DNA from: Pelomyxa schiedti
Taxonomy: Eukaryota > Protista > Evosea
Direction: 5' to 3'
Assembly: GCA_020536535.1 (NCBI GenBank)
Contig: JAHLWZ010000275.1
Location: 1-64,000 of the forward strand
DNA: 64,000 nucleotides
The notes beneath the pieces were generated by a model. It searched no databases. It was not told the origin of the DNA and saw only the letters and a program-made list of their open reading frames with translations. Shown piece by piece: positions 1 through 13,288 of this stretch (within the stretch, counting starts at the first letter, position 1; every line of letters begins with the position of its first letter). The position numbers and the translations under genes were made by a program.

Positions 1-122
<122 letters not shown>

Positions 123-1190
123 GACCAGTGTAATGAAAACCAATGTGCTCATTGCACTCTTCGATATGCACTCCCTTTTTTGACCATCTCAGAGGGGAAG
201 GGTCGAATTTCATCTGCTCCAGGACTGTTTATTGGAGTTGTGGAGATACTGTTAGGAGATAGCTTGCACGCAAACCCTGCTGAGAACACCATTCAGGTTT
301 GCCCTACGAGGGACAGTGGCAATGAAGATACTTATGTTTATTCCAAGACCACGGCACCTTCATAGGAGCTGTGGGAGAGTTCTGTGATTGGAGGATATGG
401 CCCACAGCAGATTGGGCAAACATTGGGTTTGAACGAAATGTGGGTTGCTGGTTTTACTTGGGCAGAAACGGACCACTACAAGCCGATCTATCTTTTCCCT
501 AAACTTAGGGTGACTGGTGAACTCGTCATTTGTATGTAGTACACAGCACACAACTTTCAACAAAATGGACAAAACTCAACTCCTTGTATCTTTGAGTGAC
601 TCCAGTCAGTGGTAGCTGATACAAGAGATTTCAGATTACCATGTATGGTCAGATCCTTCCTGTTCTTTCATGGGGAAAAACAGAAACGGGAAGTGTATTG
701 CAACATAAAGCTGTATGTGTTGTGGATGGGGATGTGACCTTCTACCTACCAAGCAGTTTTTTCCCTACCACCAGAACTCCCAAACAACACATTCTCACTT
801 TACCATTCACACTACCACACAAATAACAAAAAAAAAGAATTTTTTCCGGTAGTACTTTTCATTTCAAAACCCCAAGGCCAAAACAACAAAATGGATATAT
901 AATACGATGCCAATAAGATTCTGAAACAAAAAAGTCAGCAGCAGTCAAAATCGGGAATATCAGGAGTGCCTATAATTGTAATTAGAATTAGATTGCTTCA
1001 ATGTAACAATACCTTTGCTTGCTATTGCCTTTGGCCGGAATTCCTGCTACTAGCTAGCTATAGAGTGTGGAGTTTGTGAGAGCAAATTATTATTGAGTTG
1101 GAACACATATTTAATGGAAGGAACTGCTGGAATGGAAGGAACAAACCTTTTGCCAAAATCGGGGATGATGAGGAGGATTGAATGTTGTTG

Positions 1191-1257
1191 GAACTTATGA
1201 TGGACTTATGAACTTATGGTGGACTTATGAACTTATGATGGACTTATGAACTTATGA
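1191..1257. repeat. 19-bp tandem repeat (GAACTTATGRTGGACTTAT) x~3.5
   Basis: Units at 1191, 1210 and 1229, plus a partial unit at 1248. Confidence 0.9.
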
Positions 1258-2122
1258 AACCGCAGTCAAAATCGAGGCCAGAATTGCTGTTGTTGTTGTT
1301 GTTGTACAGAGTTTGTTGTTGCAATACAATGCAAACAGTGTCACAGCGAATTAGAATTTAGTGTTGCAAAGATAAAACGAACACGCGGTGGTTTTTTTTT
1401 GCAGGTATAGAAGTTAAGCGGCACACTCGGCACACCCAGCACCGGGCAACCCAAGTTCGTTTTTAATCTATTACTAATCAAAAAAGAATAAGGGAAAAAA
1501 GAGGGGGAAGATCTAGATCTTGGGAACTGCCTGGGTCTAGGAGCATACTCGTTTCGGTATTGGACTCACAACAGAGACGCCCATGAGTTTCTCATCCAGT
1601 TTTTTTTTCGTTGTCCAAAGCGCTTTCCTGGTGAAGCGCCCAGTATGACGTTGCTACGCAACTGCGGGCACTGGGGTCTCTGGGTCGCTGTGGCGGGGCG
1701 CGGGGCGAGGCGCTTCTGGTTCTGTGGCGGGGCAGGCGCACGGCCCAGTGGGGCTTCTTTTGGAGTACGTGGTGGAAACACAGGCTCCAAGTTTGTTGTT
1801 TGCCGCTGTGATCCCCATGGCTCCCTTGTTGAGATATAATACATGTGAACACAGGCTGGACCATACCCACCCTCACCTTCCCTCGCTGGAACTACACCAC
1901 AACAAACAAGCACTGCCTCCTTCTGAATCCGAGTCGAGGACCAGGTGAATGAATAACGAAAATTTTTAACCTTTTGCAAAGGTTTGTTGTGGGGTAGAAA
2001 CTTTGCTGTTGGAGTTGGCTGGTACTGGGCCTCTGGACGTTTAAATAGTATTATGTACAGACTATCTGCACAGCATTACACATGGGTGCAAAAAAAGGTG
2101 GATGATGGTGATGACGAGGTGC

Positions 2123-3721
2123 TCAGTTGTTTTCGCCGGGTTCGTAGTCGTCATATACTATTCTGGAGGCCAGGTCCACACTGCCCGTAAGGCGGGGTGA
2201 TGATACTATGGCAATATCTTCAAACAGCAAAAGAGGTCGATCATCTTGTACAGCCTCCATCACAGTGTCCTCAGGGCTGACGTTGATACTACCCCGCACA
2301 ACAGTACTAGCTTTTGGTGCGGCAGAGAAGCAGCACCAGCACAACAAACACTTTGCAAGTGGACGCCAAGGAATGATATCATTGGTAGTGGAGTAGACGA
2401 GACAATTGAAGAATCCTGGGAGTTTGTTAGGCAGTAATAACAGGAGCCATTGCCTGTGACCTTGTAAAGGGGCCAGAAGATCTCCTAACAACCACAACCA
2501 ATACCTTAGAAAAAAGTTGGTTTACAGGTAAAATAGTAAAGGAATTTGATTACCAGTTGAGAGTCGGTGCAATAGACATTTGTATGTGATTGATTATGCT
2601 ACTGGACCAACAAATGATTGGTATTAGCGAATACAGCAGTAATCTTGGTCTTACAGCCTTTCTGTTGGTGTGGTAAGAAAACTGCAATGTCAAGTTACTT
2701 ATCGGAAAGAAACTAGGAGTACTTTAAGGCATCTCCCTCAGTGCTGAAGAATGCAAAAACTCTGTTTATCACTCTGAGCACCAGGAAATACAAAACAAGA
2801 TTGACTCCAAACATCAAAATCATTGGGCCGTACCATGTAAACCACTGATACATCCAAACAGGGTGACACCTATTTAGAGTGAAAAAGGAAAAATGATTAC
2901 GTAACTATACCACCCAGGGGGTTCCTCTTCCACCAAGTCAGTTGAAACCAATAGAACGGAAAGAAATGCAGAAATTCCCCATATCATAACGTGCATTACA
3001 GTGAAGTGAACTCTCCATTTACTACAGTAGCAACGCCAACACTTGACATCATAGCTTTGGCTCACCTAATAAATTAAGACAGAAGAAAAATATAATTCAA
3101 CTCACATCAGAGGATACGTGATTTGTATCACGGTAAATATAAACTGCAATTGCCGTGGTCCAGCCAAAGCTGGACATGACTCCCAACTGGATCAGAGTTC
3201 GTAGCAGTAAGCACACAGAGGAAGTGTAGCTGACAACAAATCAACTTATAATAACTACAGGTGGGAAATGTATTCCTTTCGGAAGCATACGTTGAAGGGG
3301 AAATTATTAACCAGGAGGCCGATATAGACATTGAGCACGAGGAAATGAAATCGGATATCTGGAGGCAAAACACAAGCCTGGCTATAATCTTTGTTCCCGA
3401 ATGGTGCCTTATTCAGTAAGGGTAAAAGAAAAAACATAACCAAAAGAATTCATCCATAGACGATTCAAGAGAAAGGGGATAAAAGAAAAAAAAAAGAAAA
3501 ATAAACTAAAAAGAGAAATTGTGAGAATAAAAAATAATCAACAAGGCCCACCTTGCAGTGTCAGAGTAACTCTCAAGAGCAACTTTTTTCTCGGGGCCAA
3601 ACAAAAACCACGCAAAAGTGCAGGCACAAGCCACCACTGACAGCAACGACGATCCCAGCGTGAGCCCCACAGCCCACGACACCACGCCATCCGGCACCGT
3701 TGTTTCCCATCCAGACGACAT
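2123..3721 (-). CDS. 7TM G-protein-coupled receptor, cAMP-receptor-like (CAR/GCR1) family; multi-exon
   Basis: Spliced translation: TM1 (VVSWAVGLTLGSSLLSVVAC), TM2 (LVFCLQISDF), GWCHPVWMYQWFTWYGP, and TM7 APLQ|GFFNCLVY after removing the 45-nt intron 2416-2460. Confidence 0.8.
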
Positions 3722-4799
3722 CTCCCACTGGTCCCGTAATGTGTCACACAAGATCTCGCGTGGCCCGCTGTGCCCCACAAACTGGCTTTTGTTTTTATGA
3801 ATTGTATCCGAATCTTCGGCAAATGATCAGGCACGAACCCCAACTTGGGGTTCGCCGGGCGATTTCGGCTTGCAGTCGCCTATACAGGGCCAAATAAGGG
3901 TAGGGTGCACCTTCAGGCAGGAGAGCAGCTCAACTATGGTGTTGTGGTCGGTATGGGAGATACCTCCAGCATTGTCTTCAGCATGTTACTGAGGTGTGGT
4001 TGGTGTGTGTGCAATGGAAGTGCTTTCATTATTCTGATTGCAAAGTTACAGGTTGTATTCCTATGACTCCATCAGACGTGGTTATAGTTCAGTCTCATGG
4101 TGTATTTGCAATTTTTGTTATTCTTCCTTTTATAACTGTAAACAAACACAAACTCTGTTCTGGCTGATGAAAGTGCTCCATATCCAGCTGGTTTGTCACC
4201 AGCTCAAAGCATTAAGTATAATCCATGCAATTATTTCTGTGAGTCAAGTGCAGCAAGGGTCTCTGCTTTCTAGACACTTGTATTAGTAGGGAGAGTTGTG
4301 TGATACTGGAGAACCCACTCCTCATCCCCACTCCTCCTTTTTCTTTCATCTCCTCTTCTATCTCATCTCCTCACTCTTCCCATATTGCACCCTGCAATGC
4401 AAAGTTGTTTTTATTCTCCCCCAAAAATGGGCATAGTATTTGCACTTTTCTATTACAAACAGTATGTACTGTTTCTTTGTTTTTCACTCCTACTCTTCTC
4501 ACAGACACAACACCCCAGTATCCCATGCTCAAGCCCCAGGAGCTGCTCTGCATGTTGGGCAACAAACACACCCCTACCTGTGCAATCTCTTGTGGATGAA
4601 CCCAAGCCCCACACTTCCCAATATTTAATCATTTCGGTGCCTTTTACATCATTCATCAAAAACCAAACGTTAAGAGATGGCACGAGAGCACAGCCGCGCC
4701 TCCATGTTCGTTTATGGAATAAGTCTATTGTGTCTATTCAATACTGATACCGGGTTGTTTGTTGCACTAGGGAGATCGACGAGCCGGCATCAGTTGTGG

Positions 4800-6676
4800 A
4801 TGTGCCGTACGTGTGTGGTGAGGAAGCGAATGTAACGGAGATCCAAACAGTAACGACGAGCATTCACGGGAGGAAAAAACAACCCCACCAGACTCGCACT
4901 CCTTTTCAGGTTTTGGAATGTGCTACAAGAGTGTTTTTTTTTTTTTTTTCCCCTCTTTTTTCTTGCATGTCATTATTAATTGTATTTTATGAGCACAACA
5001 AGCAACAATCTTTTTGTCTTACTATAGTAGTTTTATTTTTGCCCTGGCTGCAACCAAGGAATCAACTCTGAGGTGGATGATACGCAGGCCACTAATCCTT
5101 GTACTGTTTGCAGTGGTATGGCGGAACAAACTTGTTCTTCTTCTCATTTTTTCACCTCAAGAAAGGAAACGCCTGCGTTCTAAACCAACATCCGTCAAAG
5201 CACGCCCTCCACAAATACCGTATGACACTCCGCTAGTCAAGCTGGATGCTCGTATAATTCAAGGGTGGTCTGACGTTGCCGGTCGGACTATATACCAAGT
5301 GCATGGCAACCCCACTGCCACTTCTTCAGGTTCCAACCCTACATACTGGGTACCTGCCGATTCAATAACGCAAACTGCAATACTGAAATTCGAGAATAGA
5401 CTAAATGTACGCTACATATTCGCTCCGATCATATTGACGCTCTTTTCCAAGCTTGATGGATCACCTCCCTGTTGCAAAAATCCAGTGTGTCACAAGCCAA
5501 TATCTCCTACCTCCACTTCAAAATATTGTACCGTGGAATGTGGAATGCAGGTTCCCTTTTGTTGTTAAGTGTTGTTAAACACAGTAAACAAAAAAAAAGG
5601 TTGCTCGAGCACGTTTGCGGGCCAGAGTGAAAGAAAAAGAGAAGGAACTATTCAATTTAACGCAGGTCATTTCCACTCTTTTTTTGTAAAAATCTGTGCA
5701 GACCTGTCTTACAGAAACCAAATGTGCATAAACCCTCTGTGATAACCAGCAACACTCCCATGGAATCAAGAGCTCAAACAAATTTTGACAAAATTCTGGC
5801 TGAAGTTGTATTCCTTTCCAATTACGGCAATCTTAAAAAAAAAAAAAGAACAAGGTTAAGATTTCAGCAGTAGAGGATATGATAAGGAGACTAAAGGCTG
5901 AGTCCATTGAGTTGGATAAACTTGTACGAGAAAGTAATCAATTTGTGCTCTCCAATCCTCCTCCAGAAGAAGCCGTATGTGTGTCCTTTCTTTGTTTACA
6001 TTTAACGACACTTAGGAGGTTGACAAACAGGATTCCCAACTAAGCTTAGATTGTCCATCTTGTGGGGAACCAACCTCTTTGGCGAAACTGGGAGCACATC
6101 TCGATGTATGCTACTACAAGGTAAGAGTTCTCAAAATAAACCCAGAATGTAATGTTTCCAGCGAGAGGCACACTCAACAGTTGCATCACTAAGTACTCCC
6201 ACCTGCCCACCAACAAGGAGTGAATTCTGTGGCGTATTTGACCCTCAAATCAATGCGTACTGTCATCGCCTTCGAGTATCCTGCCCCTTGCATAACAGTA
6301 TTGCCAAAAGCACTTCCCACGCAGTGTGTCTTCCACCACCTGCAAACTATGCTCTAACCACAAACAGACAGCCGTCTGTGGATACCCCTCCCACACACAA
6401 TCTGGGGGTGTACAATTTTGTAGGATTTTACATAGCAAATGCACAAAGCACGTCAACTGGAAGTCAATACTCCGGAACAACATGGAACAACAGTTTGTTA
6501 GACAGGTACGCGTTTCATTTCCCAGTAAAAAAACACGAAACAACAAACAGGAATGTCTCTTGCGGGAATTGCAATCCGAGCAAGCCAGAATTCATTCATG
6601 GATGCACCCCTCCACAACACAAAGCACCACCACACAGACCACATTGCCAGCACAAAACACACATAGCCAAAGTTGA
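4800..6676 (+). CDS. CFP1/CXXC1/Spp1-like COMPASS (Set1C) subunit; multi-exon, start uncertain
   Basis: SKYCTVECGMQVARARL, CPSCG..HLDVCYYK, FCGVFDPQINAYCHRLRVSCPLH and VCGYP..FCR..CTKHVNWK match the CXXC1 C-terminal Zn-binding region in order. Confidence 0.8.
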
Positions 6677-6724
6677 CTATGAATACAGTCACTTTTATTT
6701 GTATTGCAAAAGTGTTTGCCGCCG

Positions 6725-8074
6725 TCACGTGTCAGTGGCACCCAGATTTCCCAGTGACAGTACTGCCTCAGCAAGCATAGACTTTGTGACACCAGAAACT
6801 AAAAAAAAAAAAGTGAGGAACGTTAGGTTGTTGGGATGATTTTTACCTCCCAAGGCACTGGCTGAAAGTATTGATTGAGAAACTGGAGGGGTTCCACAGG
6901 CACTTGATTGTAAAGTTGGGGGTGACGGTATAGATACAGTAGTGCTATGATTCATTCTTTGGAATTTGTCACCAAAAGGAGATTTAAACTTGAGATACAT
7001 ACACTACAGGCAGATGTGAGGCACTGAGAGGAAACATTTGGTAATACAACTTCCGGCATTCAAGAGCATCTGTGTGCATCTCTACTGCAATTTTTCGCCA
7101 GTCAAAGTTGTGAGTTAAAACACACCTCTTGAACGTGTCTTCAAATACCTGTGTTGTGAAAGAAAGGCGATCAAATGATGAAAAGATACATACAGCATCT
7201 GCATTACTCTTTCTTTCCAGGAGACTTCTTGTGAGATCTTGGGACAAAACGTTGGATGTATGCAGTTCTGATCCTGAAAAGTATTTGAGCTTCTCTCCAG
7301 GGACCACAAACGCAGAAAAGTCAGGGCTCACGTTCTCCACTGTCGAACTTTACAGGAACAGGGCGAGGAATCGAGTTGGAGTTAGGCACATTACTCTCTG
7401 ACATGCTTTTTAATATCTCACTCAGTTTGCGCTCAAAAATCTGCTTCGCTCGCATCATGCAGGCTGCTGGTGTCTCTCCCACTTGTCTAGAGGCTTCATT
7501 CCCTGTGTTGGGTGTTAAGAAGACGGAAAAACGGGGAACCCCTCTCCCTATTATAAGAAAGAAATGTCTGAACAGAAACAAGTGAGAAATGGCTTTCAGA
7601 CATACAGTCAACAGGTTCACACCCAGGGCGTGTTGCAATCTGAAGCAACAACGAGTCCTTTCCTGCAGTCCAACAACCAAGAGTCGACTCTGAAGGCCTA
7701 GCCCAGGGACACTTGACAATCACCAAGAGGTTCTTATTTGACACAACTGGATACTGACTTTGAATCGCCGACGCCGACGCCGATGCCGACACCGACGCTC
7801 CTCCACCACCGCCAGAATAAAGCCCACTCTGCGCAGCGGCGCTGATCGTAGGAACAACGATTGCAGCACCACCGCCGCCACCAACAGCTGTGGTAGTAAT
7901 TGTCGCGGAAGCAGAGACGCCGGTCGGCTGCGGGGCAGAGTTGGCCGTAGACGAGGAAACCAATCTTCCGCTAGTGTCGCTGACTGCACCACCACCACGC
8001 ACATTAAACGTAGATGGAGAAGATCCAGGCCACGTCGGCAGAGCTGCTGCACCGACTACGGCTGCCGTGCACAT
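6725..8074 (-). CDS. SANT/Myb-like domain protein; multi-exon
   Basis: Two Myb-like segments: WTAGKDSLLLQI...NEASRQVGETPAACMMRA and FKRCVLTHNFDWRKIAVEMHTDALECRKLYY; Gly/Ser/Ala-rich N-terminus. Confidence 0.55.
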
Positions 8075-8226
8075 GAGGATTTTTTGTTGTTTTCTGCGCT
8101 TTTTTGCACACCACCGAAAAAAAAAAAACGGGTCGCCGTGTTTGACACACGAGCAGGGGTTTCAATTACCCGTTCATTACTGCACAAGACGAACTCCAAC
8201 TACTTTGTTTTGGGAAACAATCGTCA

Positions 8227-9833
8227 ATGGAGGAAGACGATGGTACGGTTAATAAGTTAAGTTTGGCTTGGTAACGCCACGAAAAGGGTTTCTTATGGTG
8301 GACGTTGGATCTTCAGGCACTGGCGTAAGTGTCTCTGCTAGTGCCATACCTGCAAGAAAGAAAAGACGTAGTCTGGAGAAGCTTGTGCTGGGTTCAGTTG
8401 TTGCAAGGACTTACTACAACGTCAGGCCAAGTTAAAACTCTTATGCTGGATTACATTGAATAACTGTTTGAAATTACACACAAAAAAAACAAGGCCACAG
8501 GTGTCGGTTTGCAGAATCACCTGTATGTAGTATGGGAAATCACTACAACGCCGACCAAGTTCCACGTTTTCTCCATGAATGCAGAACGTTGCCATGGTTT
8601 TGGTGGGCCCTAGAAACTTTCTCAATGTTGGCAATGACACTATTCTTTTCTAGCTACAGGAATGGTTTTCAGGCTCTCCACACTGTTAATGTAAGGTCTG
8701 ACACAGGGTGGGGATGCATGCTACGTTCTGGTTTTTTTTTTCCCCTCCTTTCTTCCGTCCCTGACACAATCAGGGCAGATGATTCTTGCAAGAGCTCTTC
8801 TGTGCAACAAATGGGCTAAAGCTCACCCTCAGTACGTCGGGTGTCTGATCAACTCAGCAAATCCTCTGAATATGGCACTTTCTTCTATTCCACTTGTTTG
8901 TGCATCTTTAAGTGAGATAGCGGAGGTTGACTTGTCAACACACTCTAACAGCTCCACTAATATGGAAACTACAAGGTCATCAAACTTTTTCTGGACTTTC
9001 CGGATGACCGATGCCCTTTTTCAATCCATCACATAATTCATACTCGGGCTCAACTTTATCCACTGGCTAACAGTATTGACTGGTTCTCTCCATCACATAT
9101 TTCAAATATTCTTGAGTGTGTTTATGTGTCCACCTCTAAAATAAATAATCTTATTCAGACTTCAGATCTCTTGTAACAAATCACTATCCAGGAATTGCCA
9201 TGTACAGTGCCAAGGAAGGGATAATTGACATCAGAGAGATTACACAGTTGTGCTCCATCACCAATGTCTTTCAAAGGAAATTACATCAGCGTGGCCGCAG
9301 TATTGTCTATAAGGGGTGGTCTCCTATTTTCATATTGGTTCCACTCCAACTCGGCAGTCGTACTATTATTTCAGTGAGTACTCGTTAACCTCTTCTGAAC
9401 TAACTCTTTTTAAAACAGGACTACATCCCCGTTATTAAACATTTTTTGGGTCTTCCTCAATGTGTCGGAATAATTGGAGGTCGGTCACGGAAGTCATTCT
9501 ACTTCATTGGATTTCAAGGTAAAATTCCGCTCCACATTCTATCAACCAACTTTCCCAAAAGAGGACAAAATCATTTTTTTGGACCCACATGCTGTCAGAG
9601 ACGTGCCCTATAGTTGTGACTACATCTTATTTCAGGTTTCCACCAACACTTCTTTTTTCCCCTCACGTCAGGTAAGGACTATGTTTGCCCACACCTTCAG
9701 AAGACATCACTCTCCCAAATCAATTCGTCACTTGCAGTTGGTTTTTATTGCCACACACAACAAGAACTATCTGCCCTGTGCTCCTCTCTGACTCCCACTC
9801 CCTTCCTCAATCCAATTACCATAAACCAATAAC
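8227..9833 (+). CDS. ATG4: Autophagy cysteine protease ATG4 (peptidase C54); multi-exon
   Basis: SYRNGF, catalytic SDTGWGCMLRSG|QMILARAL, VGIIGGRSRKSFYFIGFQ, and IIFLDPH (catalytic Asp/His). Confidence 0.92.
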
Positions 9834-9875
9834 AATCCTATGTGTTTCCACTGGCTAACCTCAAAAAAACCATGT

Positions 9876-9935
9876 GGCTGTCATTTTCGCCATCGTCGCT
9901 CAGGATCGACGGTCTGGTGTTTTTTTTTATTCCGC
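9876..9935. mobile_element. Internally deleted copy of a small inverted-repeat (MITE-like) element
   Basis: Near-identical to 14831-14888; flanked by direct repeat CATGT (9871-9875 and 9936-9940). Confidence 0.55.
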
Positions 9936-10035
9936 CATGTATTTGCCACTCATGTTTCAAAAAAAAACTTACTGTATTAAATAAACTACCCTACCCAATT
10001 GCACGCACAAGCTACTCAATTCCCAACAATATTCC

Positions 10036-13000
10036 TCACCAACCCTCAGCATCAGGGTCATAGTCATAAAAACCCACACCCCCCTCTTCACCTTCACCTT
10101 CACCCCCTTCTCCCTCATCAACAACATCAAAGGGGTCCTCTTCCTCCTCCTCCTCTTCTTCTTCTTCCTCTTCCTCCTCCTCCTCCTCTTCTTCTCCTTC
10201 TCCTTCTTCATCTTCATCGTTGTTGTTCCTTCTGTTCATAACAGGGCCACCTTCACCAGTTATATTCCCCAGCCTGGCTTGAGCTTTGCGCAGCTTTGTG
10301 ATGGCAGCTGGCAGCCCAGCCTTGGCAGCTTTTTCCAAATGCAGCTGGGATTGGACCTTGTCCTGCGGCAGCACTTTCCTGACACCCGTGGCATAGAACG
10401 TTGACAGCGTGAAGTCCGCTTCTGGCTCCCAAGAACGCGCAGTCTTTAGCAGGAGGTCCATGGATTCCCTCATGTTCATGTCCATGGTTTCTTCATCCCT
10501 CAGCCACAGTGAGAGTGTATCGGTGGCACACGGATATCCCGTGTGTGCAACGGCTCTGACACTGTGGATTGCTTCTTCCCAGTTTTCATCAACTCCTCTC
10601 CCTGACCGGTAGCTGAACCCCAGCTCAAACAAAGCTCCTTTGTGGCCGGTTTTGGCTCCAATCTTGAACAGGTTGGTCGCCTTGGTTTCATCATATTCAA
10701 CTGCTTGACCGTTGAGGTGCATGCACCCCAACGCATGTGCAGCCCCGCCGCACTTGCGTGCAATCGGCCGTAGCAATGTGGCTGCTGTACGGTAATCCTT
10801 GTGGACGTGTATCTTCCACAGCGCCGTGAAGAGGGTATAGCAAAAGTTGGCTTCATTTCCGGGTGGGAATCGCTGTTGTATCTCCAGTACGATTTCGGTG
10901 CCTTCGTGAACCCCATAGTCATCAGAGAAGGTTCCGGGAGGCGCCGCACTGAAGGACTTTGCGCCTTTTTTGTTGGACTGCACCACTCCATTGTTGAGGG
11001 CCAGTGAAACAAAGAGGTCAATGGACACTTTGGAGAACGGTGTCACAGCCAAGACTTCTGGTGGAACCACGGCCCCGGCGGTAGATATCCCCTTTTCAGT
11101 GAGAACTGCATGACTTACAAGCACAGCAGGTAAGTAGGGTGGCACAGGGCGGGACAGAACGACAGACAGGGCAGTCATGCAGTTACCTATCATGCCATTT
11201 TGCCATTCTGCTAAGGCTCGGAGTGTGAGTTCTTTTGGTGAGACTGTAGCACTTTTCTTGGCACTAACGGAAACAAGAACACCTAGAGACGAGTGAGGGA
11301 GAGATCTAAACAGGTGAATATTATTACTTACTTTTGGTAGCAGGTGCATCTAGGGGTGATGAAAAAAGCGCAAAGTTGTCTGCCACCATTGGCCCAGGTT
11401 CCTCCTTTTCTTTAAGCTTTATTGGGGGTGTTGCAGCTGATATAGCTTTAGGAGGCCGTGATTGTGGTTGCGATGGAGGTGGAGTTGTTGTAATAGGTGG
11501 GCTTACTACTGCAGGATAAGGTATAGATGTGTTTGCAGGTTGAGAAACAATGGGAGGTGTCCGCGTTTGAGGCACTTCTACTGCAGAAAGAATAGGAGGT
11601 GTGCGCGTTTGTGGGGCTTCAATAGTCAAGGGGGGTGTTGCATCGGTAGGTTTCTTATGATGGTGGTGTTTGTGCTTCTTTTCAACTAGGGGTGCATTCT
11701 CTGGAGGTAGTGTAGAAGGTTGTGTTGTTTGCGATAAGGTTGTTGCAGGCGTAGCCATTTGTAGTGGAGTTGATGGAGTGGGAGTGGGTGATGGAGAGGG
11801 GGTAGAAGCAGGGGGAGATTGAGAAGGTTGTGGATTTACCGTGGGAGGCCGAATTGGAGTTGCTGCTTGAGGGGGAGTGACAGGAGTAGCAACGGGGGGA
11901 GAGGATACTGTTACGGCCGACTTTATTATATCTCCGAGTAGAGCCTTGGATTCGACCATTTCCAGGTTGACAACAATAAGAGATGTAGAGTCAACAATCC
12001 CAGTTATCATAAAATCAGTCTCAGGCTCCAAAAGAATTTCTGGGAGAGTATGGGTGTTTTGTTACAGGAAAAATGTAAGTCACCTCTTTCAGAGGGAATA
12101 CAAGAAAATGGCGCAATATCATAGCCCCAACAGTCGCCAGTAATCACAAACAAAGTCCCTGAGCACACGCCAGTAGTGCGGTCAGTTATGAAATTCTTTG
12201 TCACTTGCATATCTAGAGATGTGGAGCACGCTGTATGCCAAGTTACTTTATTTCCTACTCGTGTTTTAGCCTTTCAACCCAAAAAAAAAGAGAGAGAGAG
12301 AAGTTCACCTGCTTTATAGTGTGCATCATCTAGGGGGACTTTCTTTGTTATTCCACGGAATAGAGTCTTCTTTGGTGGATAAAACCTTGGCAACTGCCTC
12401 AAAGCCCAGAGTAGTAAATAAATAAAACCTCTGAACCTTCGCAACTGCAAAAGATTTCTTTGGTAAAGTGCCCTGTTCAACCTAAAGTATGGGTTGTCCT
12501 CCGGGTTTCCCCCACCCCCAAAGTCGAATGTGTAGGCTGCAATTGCACCAGCCCCTACAACCATAATTACAAAGGACGAAATAACTAAAGTACTACCTAC
12601 CTTCAAGTGATAAAGAAGGTGGCCTTGGAACATTCCGTATGATTTCAATACAAACTTCAGCAACATTTGCTGCATTTATAATCTGTGCGTCCTCCAATGT
12701 TAATTTCAGAGTAGCCGGTACTTCAAAATCTTGCCTGGTAAACCCCGTGCATTTTTTTTGTTAGCTTCCACCACAAACGCAAATCAACAGCATCAATTTA
12801 ATTTATGTGAATAAGTCAACGCATACGGGTAGATCCTGCCAATGTCGCCCAACCTCTGCAGTTGCTGTTGGTCACCGTCAAAGGTGCTCCTGGCAACCAA
12901 CGGCGCGTTGTCCTTCTTCTCCGCCGTGGCCGTGGCCGTGGCAGCGCTCGTCGTACTCGTGGACGACGAAACTGCGCCAGACGCAGACACTGCGGCAGCG

Positions 13001-13104
13001 CTCTGTACGACAGCGGCTGCTTCCGACGTCACCGCCGCAGCCTCGCCGTGGTGTTTGTGCTTGTGTTTGTGCTTGTGCTCTGGTGGCGCCTCGGTTGTGC
13101 TCAT
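10036..13104 (-). CDS. NAD:arginine ADP-ribosyltransferase (R-S-EXE clade) fused to a Pro/Thr linker, Sel1-like repeats and an acidic tail; multi-exon
   Basis: AIAAYT, YFRLNRAL, LFRG, TWHTACSTS and PSER|EILL (intron 12040-12083). Intron 11283-11331 joins in frame to Sel1 repeats (AAHALGCMHLNG, ALFELGFSYRSGRGV, EKAAKAG). Confidence 0.82.
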
Positions 13105-13288
13105 CGATCACGTCTTCTGGTTGGTTTTGGTGTCGATTTCGTTTTTTTTTTTTTTTTGTTTTTTCGGTTTGGGCTCTCCGCAAACGGAAGTGGGAAAAAA
13201 CCCGAAAACCCAAAGTGTACGGCAACGGAATACAGTGATGTTCCTTTAAATTGATAAATAGAGTAAGGGGAAGGCAGATAGTAGAGTA

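Noticed and set aside
1191-1257. CRISPR-like array
   Set aside because: Directly abutting tandem units with no spacers, in a eukaryotic context.
1566-1979. GC-rich 137-aa minus-strand ORF
   Set aside because: No recognisable domain or spliceable continuation; I cannot support a gene call.
3850-4750. Cluster of short ORFs between the GPCR and the CFP1-like gene
   Set aside because: Stops in all frames and no motifs; may be promoter/UTR or a decayed relic.
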